A stretch of DNA of 64,000 bases from an uncultured delta proteobacterium (lineage in GTDB: Bacteria; Desulfobacterota; Binatia; UBA9968), in the NCBI GenBank assembly GCA_963816145.1, contig CAWFJP010000031.1, positions 128,001 to 192,000 on the forward strand. Reading direction: 5' to 3'. How positions within the stretch are numbered: the stretch's first letter is position 1; the number at the start of each line of letters is the position of its first letter. Of this stretch, positions 29,141-39,577 are shown in pieces. The translations under genes were made by a program, and so were the position numbers. The notes below the pieces were generated by a model, which ran no database searches, was not told the DNA's origin, and saw only the letters and a program-made list of their open reading frames with translations.

Positions 29141-30286
29141 ATGTCGGTAATGATTGGCGTCAATGATTTTATCTCCGCCGGACCGGAGACTCTGGCTGGA
29201 AAGTTCCTGCGCAGGTTTTGGCAGCCGGTCTATTGCGCTCACGAGATTCTCCCGGGGCGCGCTGTGCCGATCCGGGTCATGGGGGAGAATTTTACCCTGT
29301 ATCGAGGCGAAAGCGGCACGGCGCACCTGGTGGGAGACCGATGCGCCCATCGCGGCACTCAACTTTCGGTGGGCTGGATCGAGGGAGACGCCATTCGCTG
29401 CTTTTATCACGGCTGGAAATACGATTGCTCGGGGCAGTGCGTGGAACAGCCCGCGGAACCGAAGTCGTTTGCCGAGAATATGCGCATTCCGAGTTATCCC
29501 GTGCGAGAGTATCTCGGCTTGATCTTCGCCTATTTCGGCGCAGGCGACCCGCCCCCTTTCAATCGCTTTCCCAAATTTGAAGACCCGCAGTCCGTCGTGG
29601 ATGCGATCCGCTTCGATCGCACCTGCAATTACTACAACAACATCGAGAATTCGTTGGACAACACCCATGTGCGCTTTGTGCACAGCCGCCACCGCGAGTC
29701 CGCGCGCGACCACGCCGCCGCCGGGGATCCGGTGATCAAGGTTGAGGAGTCGGACTGGGGCGTGCGCCGCTATGCGGGATACCCCAACGGGACGGAAAGC
29801 GTGTTTTTCTTCGGCATGCCCAACATCAATTACATCATCGGGCAGGTGGTGGACCGGGACGTCAAACGAGTCGAGTCGCTGATTTTCAAGGTTCCGGTGG
29901 ACGATGATCGCCATCTTCACTTCGAAGCGCGCTTGATGCCGTTTCCCGGCGAAAAGGGACAAGAGTGGCTCAAGCGCCGGCGCGCGCAAAGAGCCAAGGA
30001 GGCGGCGGACCGCCTGGAACTGGTCAGAGCGGTCCTGGAGGGCCGGCAGCGCTTGGACGACATCGACCCGGGCCGCACGGATCACGTGGTGATCGAGGAC
30101 GAGGTGGCGCAAACCGGCCAGGGAGCGATCGCGAATCGCAGCCGGGAGCATTTAGGGCGAAGCGACATAGGGATCGTGTTTCTGAGAAAACTTTGGGAGC
30201 GAGAGCTTCGAGCGTTGGCCGAAGGCAAGCCGCTGAAACAGTGGGTCTATCGCCCGGACATGTTGCCAATCTATCCGGGCGCGTAG
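29141..30286 (+). CDS. Rieske non-heme iron oxygenase (phthalate 4,5-dioxygenase-like)
   Basis: CAHRG...CFYHGW; ENSLDNTHVRFVH. Confidence 0.92.
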   Translation: MSVMIGVNDFISAGPETLAGKFLRRFWQPVYCAHEILPGRAVPIRVMGENFTLYRGESGTAHLVGDRCAHRGTQLSVGWIEGDAIRCFYHGWKYDCSGQCVEQPAEPKSFAENMRIPSYPVREYLGLIFAYFGAGDPPPFNRFPKFEDPQSVVDAIRFDRTCNYYNNIENSLDNTHVRFVHSRHRESARDHAAAGDPVIKVEESDWGVRRYAGYPNGTESVFFFGMPNINYIIGQVVDRDVKRVESLIFKVPVDDDRHLHFEARLMPFPGEKGQEWLKRRRAQRAKEAADRLELVRAVLEGRQRLDDIDPGRTDHVVIEDEVAQTGQGAIANRSREHLGRSDIGIVFLRKLWERELRALAEGKPLKQWVYRPDMLPIYPGA

Positions 30287-30525
30287 AATCACTGGGTCGA
30301 GATTACGGTTCGAATCACCCAATGTGTGATTAATTTTTGAATGTTTCACTCAGGTGTTAACGTTGCTCCGTCCTAGCGTGTCTCGGTCAATCCTTTGAGA
30401 GCCGAGCTGGCGCACCGGGATATGAGGATGTACGAGATCGATCAAATGGGTGGGAAAATCTGAGCTTGGGCCATTCAATCTTGACAATCTTCCGGCCCCT
30501 TTTCCGCTTCCCGTTTGAAATTAGC

Positions 30526-31096
30526 ATGAAATGGACTGAAACAGTGATGCGTTACGTGACCGGATTCGGCGCCCTGTCATTGGTTGCGTTTATATGGATC
30601 TCCGCGCCGTCGGATGCCGCCGAAGATATCGATATGGCCAAAGTCAGAGCGTTGGCGGCGCTTCCGGTGAAAGAAATTCTCGGCGATGCTGCCGGTGCCC
30701 GAACTGCCCCGCGCAAACTATTGGAAGACCGTGCGCGGCAGTCGCGTGCCGGTCGTCGTCATGTTTTATTCCAACGTGGATCAGGAATCGCAACGGCTGG
30801 CGACTTTGGTTCGTTATATCTCGATCAAATACAAGAACAAGATTTCCTACTATCGCGTGATGGTCGCCGCCAACGGCAAACCGGCCAAAGGGATCGCCGC
30901 CGATTATGAGAAAAGCTATAGCTTGGACAAGACTCCGGGGATTCTTTTCTACGATAACGATGCGCAAAAAATGGTCTTGGAGGGCGAGCAATATATCGAC
31001 GCGAACTTCAAAGAATTTCGCACGCCGAGCCTGCTATTATGGAAAGTCTATTACAACGCCGTGTGCAGTTATATCGACAAAAACATCCTCGACTGA
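30526..31096 (+). CDS. Exported thioredoxin-like protein without CxxC, frameshift near 30682
   Basis: Signal-peptide ORF joins PVVVMFYS...PGILFY if one G is removed. Confidence 0.55.
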
Positions 31097-31281
31097 CGCA
31101 ATAAAAAGCAGCGGAGCGCGCTTGGGAGCTGGGAGTGTCAAGCAAATCAGCAAACCGCCGGCACGACTCGAAAAACAAGCGACCTTTGCATTAGTCCAGG
31201 GATCGAATCTTGCCCGGTGATTTTCGCCGACCAAGGAGTTGCCGCTTGCCATCCAACATTGCGCCATGGTAGAGCGCAGCC

Positions 31282-32133
31282 ATGGCGACGAACCCGCTGA
31301 AGCTGATAGTTTTCACGATTTTGTTTATGTTCCTTGCCATGATCGCTGCGCGGGAAATCCGCGCCGCCGCGGCAGCGGAGACTCAAGGGGGAAAGCTTGC
31401 CGGAATGGTCAACATCCCGGCCGGGGAATTTACGATGGGGCGCGACGGTGGCGCAAAAAACGAAACGCCGGCGCATAAATTATTTCTCCCAGCCTTCCAT
31501 ATCGATCGAAATCTCGTTACCGCCAGAGAGTACGCAAAGTTCATCCAGGAAAAAGGTCCCACCGGGCCCAAGGGTGAAATGTATTTGGATGTCGCGGATG
31601 CCGACGTTCTGGTCCACAATCGAGACGGCAAGTGGCTGCCCAAGGAAGGTTTTGAGAATCACCCTGCCGGTGAATTGAGCCGGCACGGCGCCGCCGCCTA
31701 TTGCGCGTGGGCCGGTAAGCGGCTCCCCAGCGAAGCGGAGTGGGAAAAAGCCGCGCGTGGAACCGACGGCCGGCTCTACCCGTGGGGCAATGACATGCCC
31801 CGCCCTGATCTGGCGTTTATCGGCGGCTTTCGCGGTCAAACGGTTGCCGTCGGGCAGTTTCCCAAAGGGGCAAGCCCCTACGGGGTGCTCGATATGGCCG
31901 GACAGGTTTGGGAATGGACTCGTTCGATTTATAAACCCTATCCCTATAATCCAAAGGACGGACGCGAGGAGCCGGCGACCGCCGACACGGTGGTCGCCCG
32001 CGGCGGTAATTCATCCAGCGGTCCCGACGGGCTTACGTCCACATCCCGTGAGGTCGTTGACGCCGGTCGCGCCGCCGGAGGCCACGCCTACATAGGATTC
32101 CGTTGTGTATCCGACACGCAGTTGGTTTTGTAA
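31282..32133 (+). CDS. FGE-sulfatase (SUMF1/PvdO) domain protein
   Basis: IPAGEFTMG, RLPSEAEWEKAARG, DMAGQVWEW, IGFRC. Confidence 0.92.
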   Translation: MATNPLKLIVFTILFMFLAMIAAREIRAAAAAETQGGKLAGMVNIPAGEFTMGRDGGAKNETPAHKLFLPAFHIDRNLVTAREYAKFIQEKGPTGPKGEMYLDVADADVLVHNRDGKWLPKEGFENHPAGELSRHGAAAYCAWAGKRLPSEAEWEKAARGTDGRLYPWGNDMPRPDLAFIGGFRGQTVAVGQFPKGASPYGVLDMAGQVWEWTRSIYKPYPYNPKDGREEPATADTVVARGGNSSSGPDGLTSTSREVVDAGRAAGGHAYIGFRCVSDTQLVL

Positions 32134-32344
32134 AAATCGCCCAGCACGACCGCTCCAAAGCGGGAAAAAACTCGCGGTAAATTTTTCAACCGGTGAATTT
32201 GTATGTCGCCACAGAGCGCCTGCCGCATCTCGCCGGCCATTATTTCGTTGACTGGAGACAGATACGGTCCAATGTTTGGGAAAGCGCACTGAACCAAAAA
32301 AAGTGCAGAACTCTCGATTTCGAGAATCTCCAAACGCGCGACTG

Positions 32345-32962
32345 CTAGCTGTTTACAGCGGCCCTCTTGAGATCGGCGGCCAGCTTGATGTTTTCGGACC
32401 GGGTGACGCTGACGTTGAAATTGTAGGCGGGCGAGCGGAACTGGCTGAGCGCAAATTGCTGGCCCTCGGCTCGGCTGGCGTGGATGCAATTCTCCGGCAC
32501 GTGGACGATGTAGTTTCTTATGTGAAACCCTATGACCGCGTGATAGACGCAATTGTTCGAGCCGATGCCGGTGACGACGATATGGTCCCGGCAAGGGCGG
32601 AGATCGAATTTCCTCAGCTGCTCTTCCATGGACGTTTGATAGAAGCAGTCGTGGGAATACTTTTTTACGACCGGTTCGTTAGCAATGGGTTTAAGCTCCT
32701 CGACAAACTCCACCGCTGGGCTGTCGTCGATGAGCGAGTACTCTTTACCGAAGAAGGTGAATTCGGGATGATCCTTCGTTCTCACCGATTGAACGTGGAT
32801 GATGTTGCCATCGGCCTGGCGAAAGCGGTCCAACAAAGCCCTGATGTTGCGGATGACGGGTTTGAGTGTGGCGCCGTGCCGTTCACAGCCTTCAGCCTGC
32901 ATGTCGACAATGATGAGAGCGGAACCTTGTGGAGAAAGCTCGATTGCCTGTTCAGCGTCCAT
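32345..32962 (-). CDS. Isochorismatase-family cysteine hydrolase
   Basis: ALIIVDMQ, KYSHDCF, GIGSNNCV. Confidence 0.9.
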   Translation of the reverse strand: MDAEQAIELSPQGSALIIVDMQAEGCERHGATLKPVIRNIRALLDRFRQADGNIIHVQSVRTKDHPEFTFFGKEYSLIDDSPAVEFVEELKPIANEPVVKKYSHDCFYQTSMEEQLRKFDLRPCRDHIVVTGIGSNNCVYHAVIGFHIRNYIVHVPENCIHASRAEGQQFALSQFRSPAYNFNVSVTRSENIKLAADLKRAAVNS

Positions 32963-33185
32963 GAGAACCTCCCGAAGAGTGCATCACATGTTCTTTACCG
33001 AGATCGGGCCGCGCGCGTCAAGTAAGTGTCGTCGAAATATTTCTGCGGCGGGTCCGAAATATCGATTTGTTTCAAAAGCACCGCGATGTTTTCCTTCTTG
33101 AGCCGGATATCCAGATCGGCCGCGTAATAATCCAACGCTTTTCTCTCGATGGCAATATCGCCGCGGAGCCCGGCTTAGTGGTCAA

Positions 33186-33340
33186 ATCTTGCCTTGTGAT
33201 TTTCGCTGACCAAGGAGTTGCCGCTTGCCATCCAACATTCCGCCATGGTAGAGCGCAGCCATGGTTGCGAACCCGTGGAAGCTGATAGTTTTCACGATTT
33301 GGTTTATGTTCCTTGCCATGACCGCTGCGTGGGAAAATCT
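33186..33340 (+). pseudogene. Duplicated promoter and 5' end of the FGE-domain gene
   Basis: Closely matches ~31207-31359 and stops at the family 2 repeat end. Confidence 0.85.
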
Positions 33341-33517
33341 GGGGCCAGGCCTTTCAATCTTAACAATCATCCAGCCCCTTTCTCGCTCTCAATTTCATAA
33401 CCTCTTGCTCGCGATCGCCGCGCCTTCCGGCCGGCAGGACACGTAAGTTCGCCCACGCGGTCTGCGGGCGTCCTCGCCCGCCCAGGCCGCAGTCGGTGCC
33501 GGCGATGGCGTTTTCTC
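33333..33517 (-). repeat. Repeat family 2: MetE-like tail plus terminus
   Basis: Minus strand ENAIAGTDCGLGGRGRPQTAWANLRVL..GAAIASKRL, then TTGTTAAGATTGAAAGGCCTGGCCCCAGATTTTC. Confidence 0.85.
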
Positions 33518-33578
33518 ATGTTTAAGGAATAACCATCGGAACCGAGCGCGGGCACGTGTTTGCGCAACGGGCGGTGCC

Positions 33579-33884
33579 TTATGTTGAGCTACGTTCTTGC
33601 CAATAACGAGGACGCCGTTTTCCGTGGGCTACGGCGAGAACAACAACCTCTTCGCCGTGCAGCTCGTAGATAATCGAATAGGGGAATTTACGAACGATGA
33701 ATCGCCGCCGTTGGTTATCGAACTTCGGCCAGCGCAGCGGGCTCTGCGAGATGAGACGGACGCCGCGGTCTACTTCAGTTTCAAAGTTTGCAGCTAATGT
33801 GGCGCCGCGATCATGATACCACGAATAAGCTGCGGCATAGTCTTCGGAAGCGCCCGGATGAAACGTAACCTTAGCGAGAGCCAC
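33579..33884 (-). CDS. RelE/ParE toxin
   Basis: VTFHPGASED...FPYSIIY...LAVAHGKRRPRYW. Confidence 0.9.
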   Translation of the reverse strand: MALAKVTFHPGASEDYAAAYSWYHDRGATLAANFETEVDRGVRLISQSPLRWPKFDNQRRRFIVRKFPYSIIYELHGEEVVVLAVAHGKRRPRYWQERSST

Positions 33885-34110
33885 GAATCCGTTCTCTCGC
33901 TCGAGACTTTACAGCGGCCCAAGGTATGGGGCGGACGATTCCTTGTTTGACTTCATCGGAGCGGCGTTCGACTTCCGCACCCCAAGCTGCATCGACATCG
34001 TCGTCGCTCTGCGGATCTAGGCTCGCCAGTAGTTCCTCGACGATTTCGAGTCGATCGTTTTCGGGAAGTCGTTTGGCTGCGTTGACAATGTCTTTGGCAG
34101 GGCGTGTCAT
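33871..34110 (-). CDS. Addiction-module antitoxin (TIGR02574-like)
   Basis: LPENDRLEIVEELLASL...AWGAEVERR...IPW. Confidence 0.9.
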   Translation of the reverse strand: MTRPAKDIVNAAKRLPENDRLEIVEELLASLDPQSDDDVDAAWGAEVERRSDEVKQGIVRPIPWAAVKSRARERIRGSR

Positions 34111-34201
34111 GGATCAAACCTCACAATTTCAGTCGGTACAGTAAAACCCCGCTCTTTTAGCCGGTTACCGAGCAGGACTTAAGTTTATTACCATTTCCAG
34201 A

Positions 34202-34245
34202 GGGGCGCCAGGGTCATAGGCGCCAGGGCCTGAGTATTGACTTGT
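34202..34245 (-). repeat. Degenerate terminus motif
   Basis: GGGGCGCCAGGGTC..GCGCCAGGGCCTGAGTATTGA; the TGAGTATTGA arm is shared with 26203 and, with one mismatch, 37040. Confidence 0.5.
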
Positions 34246-34368
34246 TAGCTATCAGAATATTCTGTACCGCTCGACTTGAGTCCATTGAGGGGCTCTCGCT
34301 AAATGAAGAGGCGTCAATTGTTTGTATTGAACATCGTGAGCGTCAATGACGAATAACTATTCGTCATA

Positions 34369-34686
34369 TCACCCCGCTTTCAGTTCGCGTTCCAACCGTT
34401 CCGCGAGCCATATTCGGGCAAGGGTCGTCGCGTCCGTTGTTCGCTGGCGCGCAAGCTTGCTCAGCACGGCCTTCATGGCCGGCGGAAGACGCATATTGAG
34501 TTGGGCGGTATTGTCCTGGAAAATCGCTTCTCGAAGAACCTCGTCTAAATCGTTGTGATCCTCGACGACTTCAGATACGCCCGTTTCTAGCCGATCGAAT
34601 ACGTCATGGGATTTTGTCCAGCGGATAACCTCTTCATCCGTCGACTTGCTCGTCAGGCGGGAAGCTTTTCGATTTGTCTTTTTCAT
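34369..34686 (-). CDS. CopG-like antitoxin
   Basis: TDEEVIRW..HD...QLNMRLPPAMKAVLSKLA..TTLARIWLAERL. Confidence 0.72.
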   Translation of the reverse strand: MKKTNRKASRLTSKSTDEEVIRWTKSHDVFDRLETGVSEVVEDHNDLDEVLREAIFQDNTAQLNMRLPPAMKAVLSKLARQRTTDATTLARIWLAERLERELKAG

Positions 34687-34940
34687 CTTCGGTGTCTCCG
34701 ATAACGCCTTTTTTGGGCTTCGGTCATGCCGTTCATATGAAAAACTCTTAGCCGATGGTCCGGTAAAACACGATAGACAACATGGAGGTATGATCCGCTT
34801 AAATTCCTTCCGAGCAATTCATAGACCTCGTCAAGCCCGCGTTGACTGCGAATCTTCAAGTAATCCGCCGCTAACAGTTCATAAAAGTCTTGTTTGGTGT
34901 AGCCGTGCCGAAACGCGGAGCTGGTGAATACGGCCTCCAT
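34683..34940 (-). CDS. BrnT/RelE-like toxin
   Basis: RHG...YELLGRNLSGSYLHVVY..RVFHMNGMTEAQKRRY; ATGA overlap with the antitoxin. Confidence 0.72.
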   Translation of the reverse strand: MEAVFTSSAFRHGYTKQDFYELLAADYLKIRSQRGLDEVYELLGRNLSGSYLHVVYRVLPDHRLRVFHMNGMTEAQKRRYRRHRR

Positions 34941-35014
34941 TGAGCGGGATTCTAGCAATTGCTATACGTCACCGCAAACCTCAATCGACTGTTCTCGCCG
35001 CAAGGGAATCAACT

Positions 35015-35168
35015 GGGGCCAGGCCTTTCAATCTTAACAATCTTCCGGCCGCTTTCTCGCCCTCATTTCCACAACTTTTTGCTCGCGATCGCCGCGCCGT
35101 CGCGCAGGACAGGTAACTTCGCCCACCCGATCTGCGGGTGTACTCGCCCGCGTAGGCGCCAGTCGAGC
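35015..35168 (-). repeat. Repeat family 2: MetE-like tail plus terminus
   Basis: Minus strand GRVHPQIGWAKLPVLRDGAAIASKKLWK*, then TTGTTAAGATTGAAAGGCCTGGCCCC. Confidence 0.87.
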
Positions 35169-35220
35169 GGGCGCCAAGGGGCCGTAGCCACGCACACTCG
35201 CCTCGGTGCCCGGCAGTGCT

Positions 35221-36777
35221 TTAACCTGCCGGCACTTTGGCCACGGGCTTGCCGCGGAGCCCTGCCTTAACAAGCTGCGCGAGAAATTCGGCGAACGGCG
35301 CAATGTTCTGCCGCACGCTCGCATCTTCAAGAGCAGCCATGTAGGCATGGCGCCGCTCCAAAGGCACCACTGTCCAGGGGTAACCGCCTGAAGCCAGCAT
35401 CACGTTCATCAGGAAGCGGCCGATACGGCCGTTGCCGTCCATATAGGGGTGGATATAGACGAAGATGAAATGCCCGAGCACGACCCGCACCGACGGCTCG
35501 GATTCCTGCGTCAGCATCTCGAAAAATACCGGCATGGCATCGCGCACCGCTTTGTAGTCGGGCGGAACGTGCATTGAGCGCCGGATATAGACGGGCGCGT
35601 TGCGATGCCCGGCAAGGTCTGCAGGCCGCAGCAAGCCAGCGGTGACGCTCGGTGCAAACATTTCCCGGTACCATGCTCCGTGATCCTCCTCGGCGACGTT
35701 GCCGGGATTCTCGCCGGCCAGCACCCGGCGCACGCTCTTCTGCACGGCCTGGAATGCCAGCCAGTAGCCTCTTGCCGCCAGAGCATTGCGGTGCTCGCGG
35801 TCCTGTTCGTTTGCATCAGGGTTCCAAGTGCCGCCGCGCACCCGCTCGATCAGCGCGGGGCTGACGCGGTAGCCTTCGATCGATAGCGAGTGATAGGCGT
35901 CGGTGACATAAACATCCTGCACATGCTTGAGATAGGTCTCGATATTCTTCGGCCGTCCCGGCGATTCAGGAAATTTTTCGATGACGGGGCCGCGCATCTG
36001 CTGCCACGTCAGGCGGATGCGGCCCGCGTAAGGAGACGCTTCGCGCCGGGGAAGCACGAGATTGATCCTGCCGGCGAACGGGTCTTGTTCACGCACGTCG
36101 TAACCGGCAGCGCGCATGGCGCTGACGATGTCATCCGCAATGCGGTCGCGGCCGATGTTGCGGAACGCTCCGGCAAGCCGTCCGGCAATCGTGCTGTGCC
36201 CGCCCTCCAGAAGGCGGTTTAGCACTTCGGAAGCATCGCGGATCGCCGCAAGCGCGGCGCGCGCGTCGGTAGGGTTGTTTTCGAAAAACGCGGGCGAGCT
36301 GGCAATGAGAGAAGCAAGCAGCGAAAACAGCCTCAGCCCTTCTTTCTCCTCGATATCTTTCTCATCCGGGATGGCGGTGCGAACATCCAGAAGCGATGTT
36401 CCGTAGGGAAGCGGTGTCGCGTTGTTGCCCCCTCGCGGCGAGCGCACCACGAGCTGGGGCGGCACCGTTCGGTTGCCGGTATGCAGAGAGAGGGAATGCT
36501 CCGGTGATAGACACCACGCGCGGCCAAAGCGCTCGCGCAGGTAGGCCGCGCAAAAGGCCCAGAACGAGGCGTACCAGGCTGTGCTTTCACCGGCGGCGTC
36601 ATCCGGGCGCGCGGCTATGTACCAGCCCTTGATGACCTCTTGCAGGAAGCCGTTCTTTAGCAGGCGCTCCCGGTGGGCACGGGAAAGATCGGCTGCCCGG
36701 ATCGCGGCAATGCCCTGGTCCTGAAGCGCCTTCAGGGCGTCAAGGGATTCAGCCAGTTTTTCCTGTGGCGATGGCAT
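35221..36777 (-). CDS. Fic family protein, 518 aa with a long N-terminal extension
   Basis: Fic motif HPYMDGNGRIGR. Confidence 0.93.
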   Translation of the reverse strand: MPSPQEKLAESLDALKALQDQGIAAIRAADLSRAHRERLLKNGFLQEVIKGWYIAARPDDAAGESTAWYASFWAFCAAYLRERFGRAWCLSPEHSLSLHTGNRTVPPQLVVRSPRGGNNATPLPYGTSLLDVRTAIPDEKDIEEKEGLRLFSLLASLIASSPAFFENNPTDARAALAAIRDASEVLNRLLEGGHSTIAGRLAGAFRNIGRDRIADDIVSAMRAAGYDVREQDPFAGRINLVLPRREASPYAGRIRLTWQQMRGPVIEKFPESPGRPKNIETYLKHVQDVYVTDAYHSLSIEGYRVSPALIERVRGGTWNPDANEQDREHRNALAARGYWLAFQAVQKSVRRVLAGENPGNVAEEDHGAWYREMFAPSVTAGLLRPADLAGHRNAPVYIRRSMHVPPDYKAVRDAMPVFFEMLTQESEPSVRVVLGHFIFVYIHPYMDGNGRIGRFLMNVMLASGGYPWTVVPLERRHAYMAALEDASVRQNIAPFAEFLAQLVKAGLRGKPVAKVPAG

Positions 36778-36792
36778 CGGTACGTTCCATTA

Positions 36793-36912
36793 TTAGTTTT
36801 TGGTGCCGGATATATGTTAGTTTATTATGTTGTACTATTATTAGTTTATTATGCTGTAGCATTTTTAGTTTATTCTGTCGAGCGTCTTTTAGTCTCTTGT
36901 GCGGGTTGATTT
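36793..36912. repeat. Five 24-bp-period tandem repeats upstream of fic
   Basis: TTAGT at 36793, 36817, 36841, 36865 and 36889. Confidence 0.85.
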
Positions 36913-37281
36913 TGAGCATATAAGCGAGTGCTAAAGTAAGGCTAAGCATAGAGAGCATAGAGCGATCGAGAGCATAGAGGGTCGCATCTTTACTTAAGGC
37001 GTTCGGCTGTCGATTACCCACGGGTTATCGGGCCGAGCCTGGGTATTGAGTTATTTTTTCCCGACCGACGGGACCCTAGGTACAGGCTCCGGTCTTGAAT
37101 CAATGCAGACGAAAGACCAATGGGCGACCCGAACTCCGTCTTGAGTCGAGTTTGATTTTTGGAAAAGAACTTTGAAAGGCACCGGTGGCGTGCTGATAGC
37201 TGATGGCCGGCGGGCCGTAGACCGTGACTTGGTCCTCTTTTAGCCGGGCATAAATTTTATGCTCGTCATAGCGCTTACGCG

Positions 37282-38383
37282 CTAGCGCCTCTTTCCGTCG
37301 CCGAAAAGCTCCCCGACCAATTTTCGCACCGGCTCGATGTCCTCGTATTTCGCCAAACTCGTCAGCATGTACTTGCCGCCCTCTTTGGGGACCTGTAACT
37401 CCAGGAATTCGAGCATGTCCTTGGGAATATCCGTGCGAAATGAGTTTCTTCCGGTGTTCTTTTGCCAATTGAGTTGACCGTCGCGCGACAAAAACCAGTT
37501 GACGTAAAGCTGCGCCGCATTGGGATGGGGCCCGTCTTTGAACATGCTGATATGACCCGAGCCGCTGGCGATGGCGTCGCCTTCTTTGTCGCTGAAGATT
37601 TGCGCCACCGGCAAACCTTGCTTGCGCGCGCTTGCGGTATTTTCGATCTTCGCCAGCAAGTTGATTTGATATTTCCCCGCCGCCAGCCAATCCATCATCT
37701 GGCGCTCGTCCTGAGCGAAAACAACATCCATCTCGGCCACCAGCCGGCGCAGATATTTGGCCCCAAGATCGTCATCGTAATAGAGGAAGCGCCAACTGCC
37801 GACGTTGCCCAAGCCGCGCGGATCGTTCGACACGAACTTGCCCTTCCACTTGGGGTTGAGCAAATCCCACCAGGACTTGATCTCGCTCGCTTTCACCAAT
37901 CCGGTGTTGATCGCGCCGATCCCCGAGCCGGCATCGCCCTGCGACATGAACACATACCGGTTGTCGCTATCGGCATAAAAATGCTTCTTGCCCCACCACT
38001 TGGATAGATCGCGGACTTCGGGTGAAAGTAGAATCTCGGGCAGCGATTTGAGCGCGCCGGCTTTGTGGTAAAGGATCATCGGCGGACCGCCGCCGACCGC
38101 AACATCGACAAGATACTTGCCCGCGCGTCGCTCGGCGAAAACTTTCTTGGAAAGATCGCTGCCCTGGCCGCCGACGAAATTTATTTTGATTTTTGGATAC
38201 GCGTCGGCGAAGGCCTGAATCGACTTGGCGACGCCGGCCCGCGCCTGCCCATAAATCGTCACTTCGCTTTCCTTCTCGGCAGCGGCGACGAGTTTGTCCC
38301 AATCCGGTTGTGGCTGGGCGAAGACAGCGGGAAGAAAAATCAAATTGACCAGCGAGATAGCAGATCAGGCTACCAACCCGCAT
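37282..38383 (-). CDS. ABC extracellular solute-binding protein; frameshift in the signal peptide near 38362
   Basis: WDKLVAAAEKE, DLLNPKWKGK, PHPNAAQLYVNWFLSRDGQ. Confidence 0.85.
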
Positions 38384-38576
38384 CGCCAATACTTTCGCGC
38401 CGGCTGCCAACCCCATAGCGTCGAACCATAATCGAATACGTCCCCGGTTCGCAAACACAAGCGGCGGCCGATAGGGTGGCATCGAGCTAGTCCCGGGTTT
38501 GACGGACACCATGAAAGGGCTTAAAAATCCGGGAGAGGTTTTCGCTCGGAAAGCCGAAGCGATTTAGCGCTGAGTT

Positions 38577-38859
38577 TTAACCCTAGACCGACAATAAAAA
38601 TTCGCTTCGACTCGCCATCGTGATAGATGAACCATCCGCTCAGGGCTCTCTGCAATAAGATTTCCTTCCCCCGCCACGGGGGAAGGCAGGATGGGGGCCG
38701 TCCCTCGCTGCGATGGTTTGCCCCCACCTTCATCCTCCCCCGAAGCGGGGGAGGAAACAGAAAGTCACTGCCGGTTATGCTTCTGGCCCGCTGTGTACTT
38801 CAATTTTGTACTCTCGAATTCAAATAAAATGCGTTCAGATATTGTCGGTTTAGAGTTAA
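38577..38859. mobile_element. MITE copy 1 with internal REP hairpins
   Basis: TIRs TTAACCCTAGACCGACAAT / ATTGTCGGTTTAGAGTTAA; internal CCTTCCCCCG..CGGGGGAAGG hairpins. Confidence 0.85.
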
Positions 38860-39037
38860 GTCGAATATTCCCCGCAGCTTGCTGCGGGCGCAAAATTGTT
38901 GGGGTTTCCAAAGGGGGTTGAACATCCCCTTTGGTCGCGATCGGGGTCCATACTCCGATCGCGAAATGCCGGGTTGATTGAGCGGCCGCGCGGCTGCTGA
39001 AAAGTTTATCGCTTAAGCAGAGATCGGAGGGGAGAAC

Positions 39038-39205
39038 ATGGAAGAGGGTGTGACGATTGCCAAGGTGCCGGACTGGATGACGCTCAAGCCCGAGATGATG
39101 GCGCATCTGATCCGGGAGCACGAGAAGTTGGGGCGCACCCTGAGCGAAGCAGAGACCGTCACATTGCTGCGCAGCTTGGGATTCGAAATCAGCGAGCCGA
39201 AGTGA
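39038..39205 (+). CDS. Small hypothetical protein, 55 aa
   Basis: Strong RBS GGAGGGGAG; MEEGVTIAKVPDWMTLKPEMMAHLIREHEKLGRTLSEAETVTLLRSLGFEISEPK. Confidence 0.5.
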   Translation: MEEGVTIAKVPDWMTLKPEMMAHLIREHEKLGRTLSEAETVTLLRSLGFEISEPK

Positions 39206-39291
39206 TGCGGCATAGAGGGCCGCTTCGAGCAGAAATCCCAAGGTCATTCCTGCCTGGATGGCCCGAAAATCTGCGGCCAGGTCTTTCAGTT

Positions 39292-39577
39292 TTAACCCTA
39301 GACCGACAATAAAAATTCGCTTCCACTTGGCATCACGTGAAAGATGAACCATTCTCTCCGGGCTATCTGGAATAAGATTTCCTTCCCCCGTCTCGGGGGA
39401 AGGAAGGATGGGGGCCGTCTCCGGCTGCGACTGTTTGCCCCCACCTTCATCCTCCCCCGAGGCGGGGGAGGAAATAAAAAGTCACCGCCCGTTATGCTTC
39501 TTGGCCTCCGTGCACTCCGACTTTGTACTCTCAAACTCAAAAAGAATACGCTTCAGATATTGTCGGTTTAAGGTTAA
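39292..39577. mobile_element. MITE copy 2, inserted at the TTAA of a family 2 repeat (39265-39645)
   Basis: Direct repeat of 38577-38859; the flanks rejoin as GAAAATCTGCGGCCAGGTCTTTCAGTTTTAACAATCCTCCAGCC. Confidence 0.85.

Noticed and set aside
36793-36912. CRISPR array
   Set aside because: 24-bp total period, degenerate units, no spacer-length gaps and no cas genes.
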